Shown piece after piece: positions 49,385-61,600 of a stretch of DNA of 64,000 bases. This stretch comes from Eledone cirrhosa (lineage: Eukaryota), in NCBI GenBank assembly GCA_964016885.1, contig OZ024745.1, positions 79,050,001 through 79,114,000 on the forward strand, given 5' to 3'. Position numbers and translations under genes: made by a program. Numbering within the stretch: the first letter of the stretch is position 1; each line of letters starts with the position of its first letter. A model generated the notes under the pieces. It had not been told where the DNA came from. It made no database searches and saw only the letters and a program-made list of their open reading frames with translations.

Positions 49385-52300
49385 ATCATCATCATCATCA
49401 TCATCATCATCGTTTAACGTCCGTGTTCCATGCTTGCATGGGTTTGGACGGGAGTTTTCCCACTTGAGGCAAGAGTGGTTGTCTTGCTCGCATAGGACTG
49501 TCTGGCGGGTTTTCTACAGTTGGATGCCCTTCCTAACACCAACCACATTTACAGTGTGGGGCTGGGAGGTTTTTACCGTGTTGCCTACACAGCCACATTA
49601 CAGCGTGGACTGTCTGGCAGGTTTCCTACAGCTGGATGCCCTTCCTAACACCAACCACATTTACAGTGTGGGACTGGGACGTTTTTACCGTGTTGCCTAC
49701 ACGGTCACATTACAGCGTGGACTGTGTGTTTTGTCGTGACACCTACACAATCTCATTTGTTTCGGCCTGGATTTTGTGGCACCAACATAACTTTACATTG
49801 AGAGGGGCGGTGTGGATGGGGTGGGGGTGGTGGGACGGGGGTGTATTTTGTTAGAGATGCCTACTGACTGTAGTAGGTTTTACTTTGTATTTAGGTAACA
49901 CGGGTCTTCTCTGTTACTGAGTACCGCCAAAGGTCTCGGTCCAGTGACATTGTCTTGGAGAGGTGTAAGTGTGTGAGGTCGGAATTTATCAGCTCGTCCC
50001 AGGTTTTTCTGGGTCTGCCTACTCCGTGGCTACCATCTATCTTTATTGCCCTGCACTTTGTTATACAGCTGTCGTCTTTCATGCGCATCACGTGACCATA
50101 CCAACGTAGCCTTCTCTCGAGTAAACAACATCTGATCCCTCTTATTTCTAACTTTTTTCCTTAGTTCGTTTATGCTTTGCCGTTCGCGTATATTACTATT
50201 ACACATCCAGCGGAGCATGCAAGCTTCGTTCCTCTCTAGTCTGCGTATATCCTCTGCACACAATGCCCAGGTCTCACTGCCATGCAACATTGCTGTTCGT
50301 ATGCAGGCATCATACAACCTGCCTTTCACTTTTAGGGAGAACCCTTTAGTGGCTAATAGTGGTATAAGCTCTCTGAACTTTTTCCATCCAGTTCTGACTC
50401 TAGCTACTGTACTTTCGGAGCACCCTCCCCCACTGCTGATTTTGTCACCCAGGTAACGGAAGCTGTCCACTATTTCTATAGAACCCTCTGCGCAGTTGAA
50501 ATTGCTAGTATTTTGTGGGCACTTGCTGCTACTTATTGCACCAGAGCACCGGCCACATGTAAAATCTGTGTTCTTAGTTAGCTTACCTGTGATCCCACTA
50601 CATCTTTTATGCACCCATACTTTGCATTTGGGACATAAAATGGAGTTTCTACCTACGCCTTTCCTACACACTGAGCATGGCCATTTCCCGGAAGGGACCG
50701 GCGCCTTATTTTCTTTCCTACAAACTAGAACTTTAGTCTTAGCCATGTTAATTTTAAGGCCTTTTGATTCTAGGCCGTGCTTCCATGTTTGGAATTTCTT
50801 CTCTAGCTCGGCCATTGATTCAGCTATGAGCGTTAGGTCATCTGCGTATAGGAGTTCCCATGGGCAGCCGGTCTTGAACTCCTCTGTTATAGCCTGAAAA
50901 GCAATAATGAATAGTAGGGGGCTAAGAACAGAGCCCTGATGGACACCAACTTTTACGCTAAACTCTTCACTATATTCGTTGTTAATTCTAACCTTGCTCA
51001 CTGTTTCTTTATACATGGCTTGTATAGCTCTCACAAGCCATTCGTCAACACCTAGTTTTCTAAGAGCCCACCAGATAATGGAACGGGGGACTCTGTCGAA
51101 GGCTTTCTCCAAGTCGACAAAGGCTAAGTATATGGGTTTACTTTTAGCTAGGTACTTCTCCTGTAGTTGTCGTACAATGAAAAGAGCGTCTGTGGTACTT
51201 TTGCCTGACACAAACCCGAACTGCATTTCATCTAGATCGATTCTCTCTCTGATTAGTTGCACTATTACTTTTTCCGTGACCTTCATGACCTGGTCGATTA
51301 ATTTAATGCCTCTATAGTTACTCCTATCTAGGGCTTCTCCTTTACCCTTGTAACAGTTAATGATGATGCTGCTACGCCAGTCCTTCGGAACAACCCCATT
51401 CTGTATGACTTGGTTTACTATCCGGGTGACCATGGTGTGTCCCACCGTTCCAGAGGCCTTCAGCATCTCAGCGACTATTTCCGAAGGCCCAGCCGCCTTA
51501 CCTGTTTTCATATCTTTGATCGCCTTACTTATTATACTACCTTCAACTAACACTGCTGGTCCCTCTATTGGATCGATCTGGGGGAGACTATCCTTCTCCC
51601 ATTTATTCTCCTCATTTAGTAGCCTCTCGTAGTGACACTTCCAAGCGACCTACTTATCAGCGTCAGTGATGGCGAGTACGCCATCATCATTTAGTACACA
51701 CTTCTCCCCAACAATATCACAGTTTTCCTTGACACATTGCCTAGCAATCCTGAACACCTCACGTTTTTGGTCCTCGCGTTGTAGAACATGCTTGAACTTT
51801 CTTTCCTCTGCTTCCCTTCTTGCAAAGTACACTTGTCTCCTAGCTTCCCTCCTGGCCACTTGATAGTCTTCTCTACTTCCCCCATCCCGCCATATTTTCC
51901 AAGCCTGCTTTTTGGCCTTAATCGACTCCTCCACCTTACTGTTCCACCACCATGTTACTCTCCTCCTGCCTATAGGCCTGCTCCGGCCACAGACTTCGTC
52001 TGCCGCCATCAGCAGGTTTGCTTTCAGGAATTCCCACTGTCCCTCTATATTGTCCGACTCTAAATGCTCTTCCTTACTGTCGAAAGCGTCAAGTAATATG
52101 CTTTGAAATTTATTTCTGGCTGTGGGGTCCTTTAGCTTCCATATTTTTCTCCTGAGGATAGTCCTCTTCTGCTGTCGAGTACGTCTCGTCCTGACTATGA
52201 GGTCGCTAATTATCAGTCTATGTTGGCAGGTGCATTCTTCATGGGGGAGGGATTTAGTGTTTACAACAGTCACTCTGTCACGTCTTCTGGTAAGGATATA

Positions 52301-53100
52301 ATCTACCTGGCTGGTATGTTCCCCTGATCTGTAGGTGATCAAGTGATTGTCTCGTTTTTTGAAGTTAGTGTTACAGATTGTTAGGTTATTTGCGTCACAG
52401 AATTCCAGGATTCTGGAGCCTTCCTCATTTCTAGTACCAAACCCATAGCCTCCATGGATTTCATCATAGCCATCACAATGTTGTCCAACGTGACCATTTA
52501 GGTCGCCAGCAATAATTATATAGTCACTGTCGGTTATTTGGGAGGTAGTGAGCATCAGTGTCTCATAGAAAGTGTCTTTTATAGCGCCAGGCAGTCCGGA
52601 TTGGGGCGCGTACGCAGATATTATCGTCACAGTAGTTCTATTTAGAACAAGTCTTATTTTAATTATTCTGTCGTTTACTCTATTTACATCTATTATCTTA
52701 TCCACCCATTTTTCTGCTAACATGATTCCTACCCCACCCAGCCCATTGTCATTTCCCACCCAGAAAAGCTTATAGCATCGTTTTTTACCCACAATGAATC
52801 TAGCAGATCCGCCCCTCCACCTGGTCTCTTGGATGCAGCAGACATCAACCTCCTTACGTTCAAGCATTTCTACAACCTCGTTTGAGCGGCCTTTTAAGGT
52901 CCCTACATTCATGGTACCAACTCTGAAGTTTTGGATTGCGTTTGGTGGGTGGGGTGCAGGGAGGGGTGTGGTTGATGGGGTTGGGGTTATGTTGGCCATC
53001 CGCGGCCGTAACAAAGAGGGTGGGGCTTTGCCCTTTCGTCCGGCAGCATGAGGTGAATTTGTCGTTATCTTTTGCATTGTCTTCGGGTGTGCTAGCATAG
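49385..53100 (-). mobile_element. Near-full-length RTE LINE subfamily A inside an NMNAT intron (5' UTR may extend to about 53450)
   Basis: ORFs 51650..53098 and 50030..51553 are separated by a single AAG>TAG; +1 frameshift near 50155; PHD at about 50547-50680; (GAT)n tail. Confidence 0.95.
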
Positions 53101-53635
53101 GTCGTTTACTTGTGATTGGTTCAAATAATAAGGTGGAGAGTGGGGGCGGGAGGGAGGGGTATGGGGTAGTTTGCGAGGAGCAGAATTATTTTTAGAACAA
53201 CGGTGAGACAGAACAGAATTATAGAAAGCCAATTTTGAATACGATTTTTTGATTCTGGGGGATTGTAAGATATATAGATGAATGAACCGAATGTGGAGAG
53301 TTGAGAAGAAATGGATATGTACGTTACATTTCGTAGAAGAAAACTGAACAAGCGACCATCAATAATAGGAGACAAATTCTGGGTTTAGTCCCCTGTAGCA
53401 TGGCTTATTTATATTTGGTTGACAAGGAGTGAGGGGGAGTGTGAGACCAGCGTATATATATATATACATACACACACACATACACATGTATATATACACA
53501 CAACCACACACACACACACACTCAGACATACATATATATAGAGACATACATACACATATATATATATATAAAAATACACACAGTCAGACACATATGCACA
53601 TATATACACATACATACACACATCTCTACCAATAC

Positions 53636-53812
53636 ATGTGAAGGTATGTATATTCTCTTTGATAGTTTGTATAATTTTGTACATAGATCTTTTGATTATG
53701 CATACCAATTCTAACACATATATGTCCTAGAAACGATCGTAAAATAATGAACTTTTTTTGTTTAATATAAGGAACTGTTTCTTTGTTTATTCATTATTTT
53801 TTTAATATTTTA
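53636..53812 (+). repeat. Inverted, 5'-truncated copy of the hammerhead element at 48217-48395
   Basis: About 175 bp of near-identical reverse complement; keeps GAAA-CGATCG-TA-AAATAATGA but lacks CTGAAGA. Confidence 0.9.
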
Positions 53813-54214
53813 TGTATAAATATATATATAAAACAATAATTGAAAATTTGTATCTCCCACCGTCGTCTCCCTTCAGTTTTGCCACTGCTGCTGCTCCCTT
53901 TTGAACAGCAAACAGCCCTTCTTTCGCTGATCATGGCTTGACATGGTCGTGCCCCATTGCTCTCTCGTTCCTCTATTCTAGCATTTGAACAACAAAGATA
54001 TGATTTCTGTTGTGCAGGCAATATTTCTAGACATAGTCCTTTCCTTATGCAAGAAACTATGCATTACAGTATTGTGGGAAGCTGATAATTCAGATAATGC
54101 TAAGTTCCTTTTTCTTGTTAGTCTATTCTATCATCTTTCTATCCATCTCTTTGTTTTTCTCCATAAGTCCTGCTCCATCGTTTTCGTCCCCAATTTTTCT
54201 CCTCTCCTCCTCTT

Positions 54215-54248
<34 letters not shown>

Positions 54249-54642
54249 ACCCTCTTATGTCCCATCTCATACTTTAGATTCTCTTTCTCCCTCTCTCCGT
54301 TCGATTTGAGGTTATATCTTAACCTTCCACCCCAAAAAATGTTTACTATGCAAATAGTATCCAACTGTTTACGGCTACCCCTCACTGAGAATATTCCAAT
54401 TTTACAAATATTTATATATATATGCCCCCACCCCCTCCCACTGCAAAATGGTCATGGAGGTGCCATTCACTGTAAATGAGATTGGTGTTAGGAAGAGCAT
54501 CCAGTTGTAGAAATCAAGCCAGAATCAGTTCCAGTATGAACAAGACAAGGTCAGCCGACCAGACACTGCCCACAAAAGACAACTCATCTAACCCATGCTA
54601 GTGTGGAAGAATGGACATAAAACGGTGATGATGATGATAGTG

Positions 54643-54750
54643 ATTCAATAATTTAGTGCTAGTTGTCATATATTGACTTAATTCAAAAGACAGGAGACAT
54701 AATAAATTGAATTAAGTCAATATATGACAACTAGCACTAAATTATTGAAT
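54643..54750. repeat. Perfect inverted repeat, 44-bp arms, 20-nt spacer
   Basis: 54643-54686 is the reverse complement of 54707-54750. Confidence 0.95.
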
Positions 54751-55038
54751 ATATATAGTCAATGTGCTCTACCTTTTGTGATAGAGTTTATACCATAGTT
54801 AGAACTCAATGTAATCCGTTAGCATGTAGTTCAGTGAGATCCAGTGATTGTTTCCGAAGAAGACAGTATGATTAAACCCATATATTATGTCTAATAGTAT
54901 ACAGTTCTCTAACTGCTAAAGTTCAGTCAATATATCAATATGATCAACCCTCCGAAACAATCATAAGACAATGAATGAGATATGTAAAATAACTTGCCTC
55001 TGTTATCATTGTTAAATAAAATAATATATAATATATAT

Positions 55039-55371
55039 GGAGGCACATGGCTTACTGGTTAGAGCATAGGCCTTGCAATCAAAAGGTTGTGAGTTCAATT
55101 CTCAGACTGGGTGATGTGTTGTTTCCTTGAGCAAGACACTTTATTTCACATTGCTCCAGTTTACTCAGCTGTAGAAATGAGATGATAGGACTGGGGTCCC
55201 TATCATTCCACTGCAAAGTGGTCGTGGAGGTGCCACGGCAAAAAAGCACCCAGCACTCACTGTAAATGAGGTTGGTGTTAGGAAGGGCATCCAGCTGTAG
55301 AAATCAAGCCAGAATCAGTTCCCGTCCCACCCTTCCAAGCAGGGAAAAGCGGACGTAAAATGATGATGATA
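55039..55371 (+). mobile_element. Family 1 SINE, full length
   Basis: tRNA head, CORE-like block, RTE-derived tail, (GAT)n. Confidence 0.9.
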
Positions 55372-55532
55372 TATTCAGAATGCAGGAAAAAACTAAATAT
55401 TATAGAGCATTTAGTCTGCTGCTCTACTATGTCTACCATACTACCACACTTAATAGAAAGGATATTCAAAACAAAACAAAAAAAACAACAAAAATAAATA
55501 ATTGAAATCAATTGTATTATAGTGTTTATTAC

Positions 55533-55600
55533 CTGACCCAGTCCATTGATTGTAATGCTAACTGAACCATTTCACAGCGATGAGTGGCTTTCTCCAAACC
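55533..55600 (-). CDS. NMNAT: NMNAT exon: GLEKATHRCEMVQLALQSMDWV(R)
   Basis: ctctttcag/gtaata; GL....HR..M..LA....W motif; phase 0 to 2. Confidence 0.94.
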
Positions 55601-56717
55601 CTGAAAGAGTAAATGTAGTTGTAATCTTAATGAAATTAACTACTAGCTTTTTGGTTTTTCTGCTAGCATGTGTAGTGTGCATATTGATATTATACGCAAG
55701 TATATATGCATGTAGATATGATACAATAAATAAAGTCGTAATTGACAATATACAAAGAAATCGAACGAAACTGCGTTACACTATCTTACGTAATCAGTAA
55801 CGTAATCCATGATACATTAAAAAAAGACGATATTATATATAAACTGCATTAGGAGAAAATTAGTGACGGAAATATATGTATGTTTATTTTTAAGCGATCG
55901 CTAACCGGAAGTGTTGACATTTGAAAATTTTGAAGAAGTGAATCTTAAAAAATAAGCAACAAAATTATTTATATTTAATCAAGAACAACGAAATTTAGTA
56001 GATAAATTATGTAATATTCATTCATTATTTATTCAAAGTAATCCAACTTATTTTACAAACGGGATAAAAAAAAATATTCTGGATGCAGTCCCACACTCCT
56101 TATGTTATTATAGTTTAGATTATATAATAGTTTAATGTTTGGTATAGTAGGAAGAGAGTCTTAACATTTTGGATGTTTGTCCTCCATCAGAAAATAGATT
56201 TAGAGAAAGAAGAATAAATAGATAGACAAGAGTAACGAATAAACTAATCAGAGAACCTTGTCTTAATCATGCATTTCATATTTGGCATAGTTTCTATAGG
56301 TAGAAAACCTTTGTAACACCAGCACTAGAGAGGTTGTCATGTACATCAACCATATACTATATACCATATACTATATATGTGTGTACGACGAAAAAGAAGA
56401 CGATTTATGATATAGATGATAACTGGAGTTTCTTACGTGACAACTTACTGCAGGCTACTGAAGAACTTGTGGCTGGAGCAGAGCTGCAACCAGACAGAGA
56501 GTGACCTGGTGGTGGAACAGCACAGTAGATAGGGCCATTAGCGATGAAAGACTAACATGGAACACTTGGCTAAATACTACATACCAGTGAAATATGAACC
56601 TTCACTGCAGAATACCTGCAGAGGCTAGAAAGAAACAAATAGAGTATTCTCTGATGGATGTGTAATGTTCATGTGCAAGAAGAAGAAGAAGAAGAAGAAG
56701 AAAACTAGAAAACTGAC

Positions 56718-56806
56718 CTTTTTCGAATAGCAGTCTGAAACGGGGGACATTATCCCACCAACAACTTGATACCTTCCTGTTTTGTTTAGAGAATCTCGGG
56801 CTAGCT
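56718..56806 (-). CDS. NMNAT: NMNAT exon: (E)LARDSLNKTGRYQVVGGIMSPVSDCYSKK
   Basis: ttgccag/gtcagt; ELA.D....GRY.VV.GI.SPV.D.Y.KK motif; the GSFNP/H exon was not found and is presumably beyond 64000. Confidence 0.95.
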
Positions 56807-57409
56807 CTGGCAATATATACATAATTATAATTAGAGATCCATGCTTACAAGTACACATCACAATTTATTCTATCCAACTCTTCATATCATAACATGTCCA
56901 CACATAGAGTACAAACTTTGTTTATTTCCTCTCAACATAACTATTTCTGTAACACAAATCATCCAAAGATTTGAACATAATTTTAAATCTCAGATGGACA
57001 AATAAATAACTCTATTTTTTACTCAATAGATGCCTTCATTTTTCTCTGTTCACTTTTCGTTAATATCAATATTGAGTGGGTAGGGAGGAGATTTTACCGA
57101 GGAATTAAAATGTTCTAAACCATGTGCTCTTGAGTATAACTCAATTTACCCAAATTAACTTTACTTCAACCAAACAACAGCCAAGTCCTCACAGCCACAT
57201 ACAATGAATCACTTATGCATATATTCAATATAACAATCATATATTTCTTCGGTTCACTTCGTACATGCCAAAGCTGTAGTATATTTGGTATAGAGTTGTA
57301 TTGTCTCAGTAACCTCCACTATCGTTAATGAAAAATAGTGAAGTTAAGATTAACAATAATGATTTTCAAGGCTATACAGTTTCAGGTATGTAACAGTCAG
57401 TTAAATTAA

Positions 57410-57915
57410 CTGTTTCTACTTTAGGCACAAGGCCAGCAATCACCCTGTGCATTACTGGTACTTTATTTTATCGACCCCGTAAGGATGAAAGGCAAAGTCA
57501 ACCTCGGCGGGATTTGAACTCAGATCGTAAAGGGACGTAACTATGCTGGAAAGCATGGTGTCTGACCCTCTACCGATACTGCCAATCCACCAAATTAACA
57601 TCAGCACTTAACTGGCACATATTTTATCAACCCAAGAAGAAGGTAAGCAACATTATCCTCGACAGGATTCAAACTCATAGTGTAAAAAATCACAACTAGG
57701 CACCCTAAGGTATTTTATCTCATGCTCTACTAATAATTGTTTCTACTATTGGCACAAGGCCAGCAATTACCCAGTGCATTACTGGTACTTTATTTTATCG
57801 ACCCCGTAAGGATGAAAGGCAAAGTTAACCTCGGCGGGATTTGAACTCAGAATGGCAAGGGCCGTAACTCCCTGCGTCAAAGCATGACGCCGACCCTCTC
57901 TCGATACTGCCAATC
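57410..57915 (-). mobile_element. Two family 2 SINEs (about 57410-57592 and 57735-57915)
   Basis: Reverse complements of 43313-43498. Confidence 0.88.
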
Positions 57916-58265
57916 TACTTCTAATAATAACATATCACTTGTTTTGGAGAAGTACAACCAAGGGAATTGACCCAAGTATATGATTGGTACTTTCAAACCC
58001 AGTAGATTTGAATTCTGGCTATCATGCTTTTAAGTCCACAGCTTTCATAACTGATGTTTCCACAGCTAAAATCAATATCAAATTCAGAAACAGGTTTCTA
58101 AATAGTGATATATGCATTATAAATGACATTTCTATATACTTTTCATCTATTTGGTATTTATTCAATTTCATCTACTGAATTTAATTTCTTACTGTATTCA
58201 AGTCCAATTTCAATTATATGTATAGATAGAAACTACTTCTATGTTTACATAACTATGTATATATA

Positions 58266-58604
58266 TCATCATCATCATCACTTTACATCCGCTTTTCCCT
58301 GCTTGCAAGGGTGGGACAAGAATTGATTCTGGCTTGACTTCTACAGCTGGATGCCCTTCCTAACACCAACCTCATTTACAGTGAGTGCTGGGTGCTTTTT
58401 TGCCGTGGCACCTCCACGACCACTTTGCAGTAGAATGATAGGGACCCCAGTTGCTATCATCTCATTTCTACAGCTGAGTAAACTGGAGCAATGTGAAATA
58501 AAGTGTCTTGCGCAAGGAAACATCACATCACCCGGTCAGAGAATTGAACTCACAACCTTTCAATTGCAAGGCCAATGCTCTAACCACTAAGCCATGTGCC
58601 TCCA
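58266..58604 (-). mobile_element. Family 1 SINE, full length
   Basis: Reverse complement of 55039-55371. Confidence 0.9.
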
Positions 58605-58699
58605 TAAATATATATATGCCTTTATAGATATATATATATACACTCATGCGCACACACATGTGCAAAAAACAAAGAACCCACAGACATATACACACACAC

Positions 58700-61600
58700 C
58701 AGCAATATAAGACTCATAGACTGGATACGCAAACAGCTGCTAGAACACTGAAACATCGATGTAATATATCTCGACTTTGCAAAGGCCTTCGACAAGGTTG
58801 ATCATAATAATAATAATAATAATAATGAATAATAATAATAATAATGAAATTATTGTGTAAAGTGCTCAGGTGCACTACAACTCGTCAAAGGTGTATGTAT
58901 AGTACATAGAATAATACACAAATGTCAGGGAAGTACATGTGTGTATATGTTAGCTGTAGTGTTGGCGGATCTCGGGAAGCATGGAGGCTTTAAAGGATGC
59001 AGTGTCTCGACAGCTAACAACTGTTGCAGGTAGTTTGTTCCATGCTTCAGCAACTCTGAGTGTGAAAAAATGTTTCCGAAAGTCATGGGAACTGTGCTGT
59101 TTTTTTACTTTGTGGGCATGTCCACGTGTGTTAGACACATGGAAATCAAAAAGGTACTCAGGGTTGTTGTTGGCAACATGGTTAACAATTTTGTGGGTGT
59201 TTACCAAGTCAGTTGCCAGGCGTCGGAGCTTCAATGAATCCATGCCCAGGAAAGCAAGGCGCTCAGAGTATGGTAGATGCCTGATGGAGGGTATTCGCTT
59301 GGTTGCACATCTCTGAACAGTTTCCAGGCGGTCAATGTCCTGAGCAAGATAGGGGTTCCAGACTGGTGATGCAAATTCTAAGTGTGGCCGCACCATAGCT
59401 ATATACAACTTTAAATAGATAGCTGGAGAGCGGCTGACAAAGGTCTTGCTGAGTGATGCTAAGACACCCTCGGCCTTCTTGAGGTCACATTCACAGGAAG
59501 ACTTCTTGATATTAGTGCTGTGGAGGGAGTATGTGGACGCTGGGTTTTTACTCCCAAAATGCATGGTGGTGCACTTGTCCACAGCTAGCTTGAGTTGCCA
59601 GTCTGAGATCCATTGTTGCATTGTGTCCAGGTCAGACTGCAAGCAAGATCTATAGTGTTCAGGATCTGTCCTTTTTATCTCAAGGTACAGCTTGATGTCG
59701 TCTGCGTACTTTAGTACTGTGGCATTCCTTAAGTTGGCATCTATGTCATTAATATATGCCACAAACAAAAGGGGGCCAAGAACAGATCCTTGTGGTACAC
59801 CAGATGACATCTCATATGGTGAGGAATGCTGTCCCAGAATCGTGACTACCTCTCTTCGACTGAGAATGAAGGACTTCAACCAGTTAAAAAGATCATCCTT
59901 CACACCCATTGCAGAGAGTTTTGCCATAAGCCTTTTGTGTGGCACAGAATTGAAGGCCTTCGCAAAGTCAAGGTAAACAACATCCACCCATGAGCCGCCA
60001 TCAGTGATCCGGGTGATGTCCTCAAGAAACTCTATAAGTTGATCACAGCAGCTGGAGTTGGGGATAAATCCAAATTGCGAGGGCCGGATAAGACTGTGAG
60101 AGCTCCAGAAGTTCCAAAGTGTTTCTCTGACACAGGATTCCATCAGTTTGGCGATGCAACTAGTAAGACTGACTAGATGATAGTTCACAGGTGATGTGCG
60201 GTCACCCTTTTTGAACAGAGGAATGACACTGGCAGTTTTCCACTGTTCTGGAGTAGCACTGTTGTTCAGACAGAATTGGAAGAAGCGTGATAACTGGTGT
60301 AGAAGGAAGTACCCACCACGTTTAAGAAGCAGGTACGTAATACCATAAAGACCAAGAGAGGCATGGTTGCGTTTATTTTTTAGGTGACGTCACAGCATTG
60401 CAGGTGTAAATTCCATGGTTGTAATAGAGTCCGGTGTCATAGGTGGTGGAGATGGTACACTCTGGTCTTCAGTAGTGAAAATGCCTGCATAGCATTCAGC
60501 AATGAGTTCTGCGCATTCCTTGGGGTCGTCAGTAATCTGGCTTGTGTGGGGATTGCGAAGAGGACCAACTGGAGAGTGAGGCCTCTGCTTTGAGTGAACA
60601 TACTTCCAGAACACCTTACTGTCAGGGCTGGTTGCTATGCGCTGCTCAAATTGAAGCACTGCCTTTTTTGTCACCTGTTTGAGGTGGTTGGACGATCTAT
60701 TTCGCCTCTTCCTATTAATGTCTGATTTGTGAAGTTTGTACTCACGTTCAGCATTGCACCGTCCTTTTCTGGCAAGACGGACTGCTGCAGTCTCCCAAAT
60801 TGCGCTTTTGGGATGTTTTTTCCGCTTACGTGGCATCAATGCTGCACATGCTGTCCATATTGAGCTCAGGATGTTCTGGAGTACAGTGTTGACATCTCCA
60901 GAGTCGTAGAACTCAAGTTAGTTTGGCTGTTGCAACTCGGTGCAGTAACAGTTCCAGTCTGCTTTATTCCAGTCAAAGTGAGCAGTTTGGAGATGGTTGT
61001 GGTTCTTGTTACTGCCCATGAGGGATAGATTGGCAATGATCATAGCATGATCAGAGTCACCTAAAGGTTCCTCAGCAGTAACACTAATGACCGTTTCAGG
61101 AGTAGTGGTGAAGAGTAGGTCCAAAGTGTTGTCACCTCTCGTTGGGGAGGTGACCACCTGGGACCAACTCGAGTCCAGCACTAGCTCAAGGAAGTCATTT
61201 GCACTTGGCGGCCAATGAAAGGTTTCCCAGTCAATCTCAGGGTGATTGAAGTCACCTGCAATGAAAACATAAGTGGCTGTCTTCCTGGCAGCAGCTCTGA
61301 GGATATCACAAAGTTGAGTGTCCTGATGGTAATTTGGGGGACAGTGTTGACATGGTCATACGTATATCGCAGAAAAAAACTTCCTGCTGTGATTGGTTCA
61401 AATCAGCACAAGGAATTGCCGACAGATTTGACCGAACGTAGACCATTACACCACCACCACGACGATTAATGCGGTCTTTATGAAACAGGTTGTAGCCAGT
61501 CATGCTGAAAACCCCATCACAGAGTAAGGGATGTGCCCAAGTTTCCGTGACAGTAATAAAGTCAGGGTTGATACTTTTGACGTAGGAGTCAAAAAGATGA

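Noticed and set aside
53100-53452. HDV-like ribozyme in the RTE 5' UTR
   Set aside because: I could not assemble the P1-P4 nested pseudoknot by eye.
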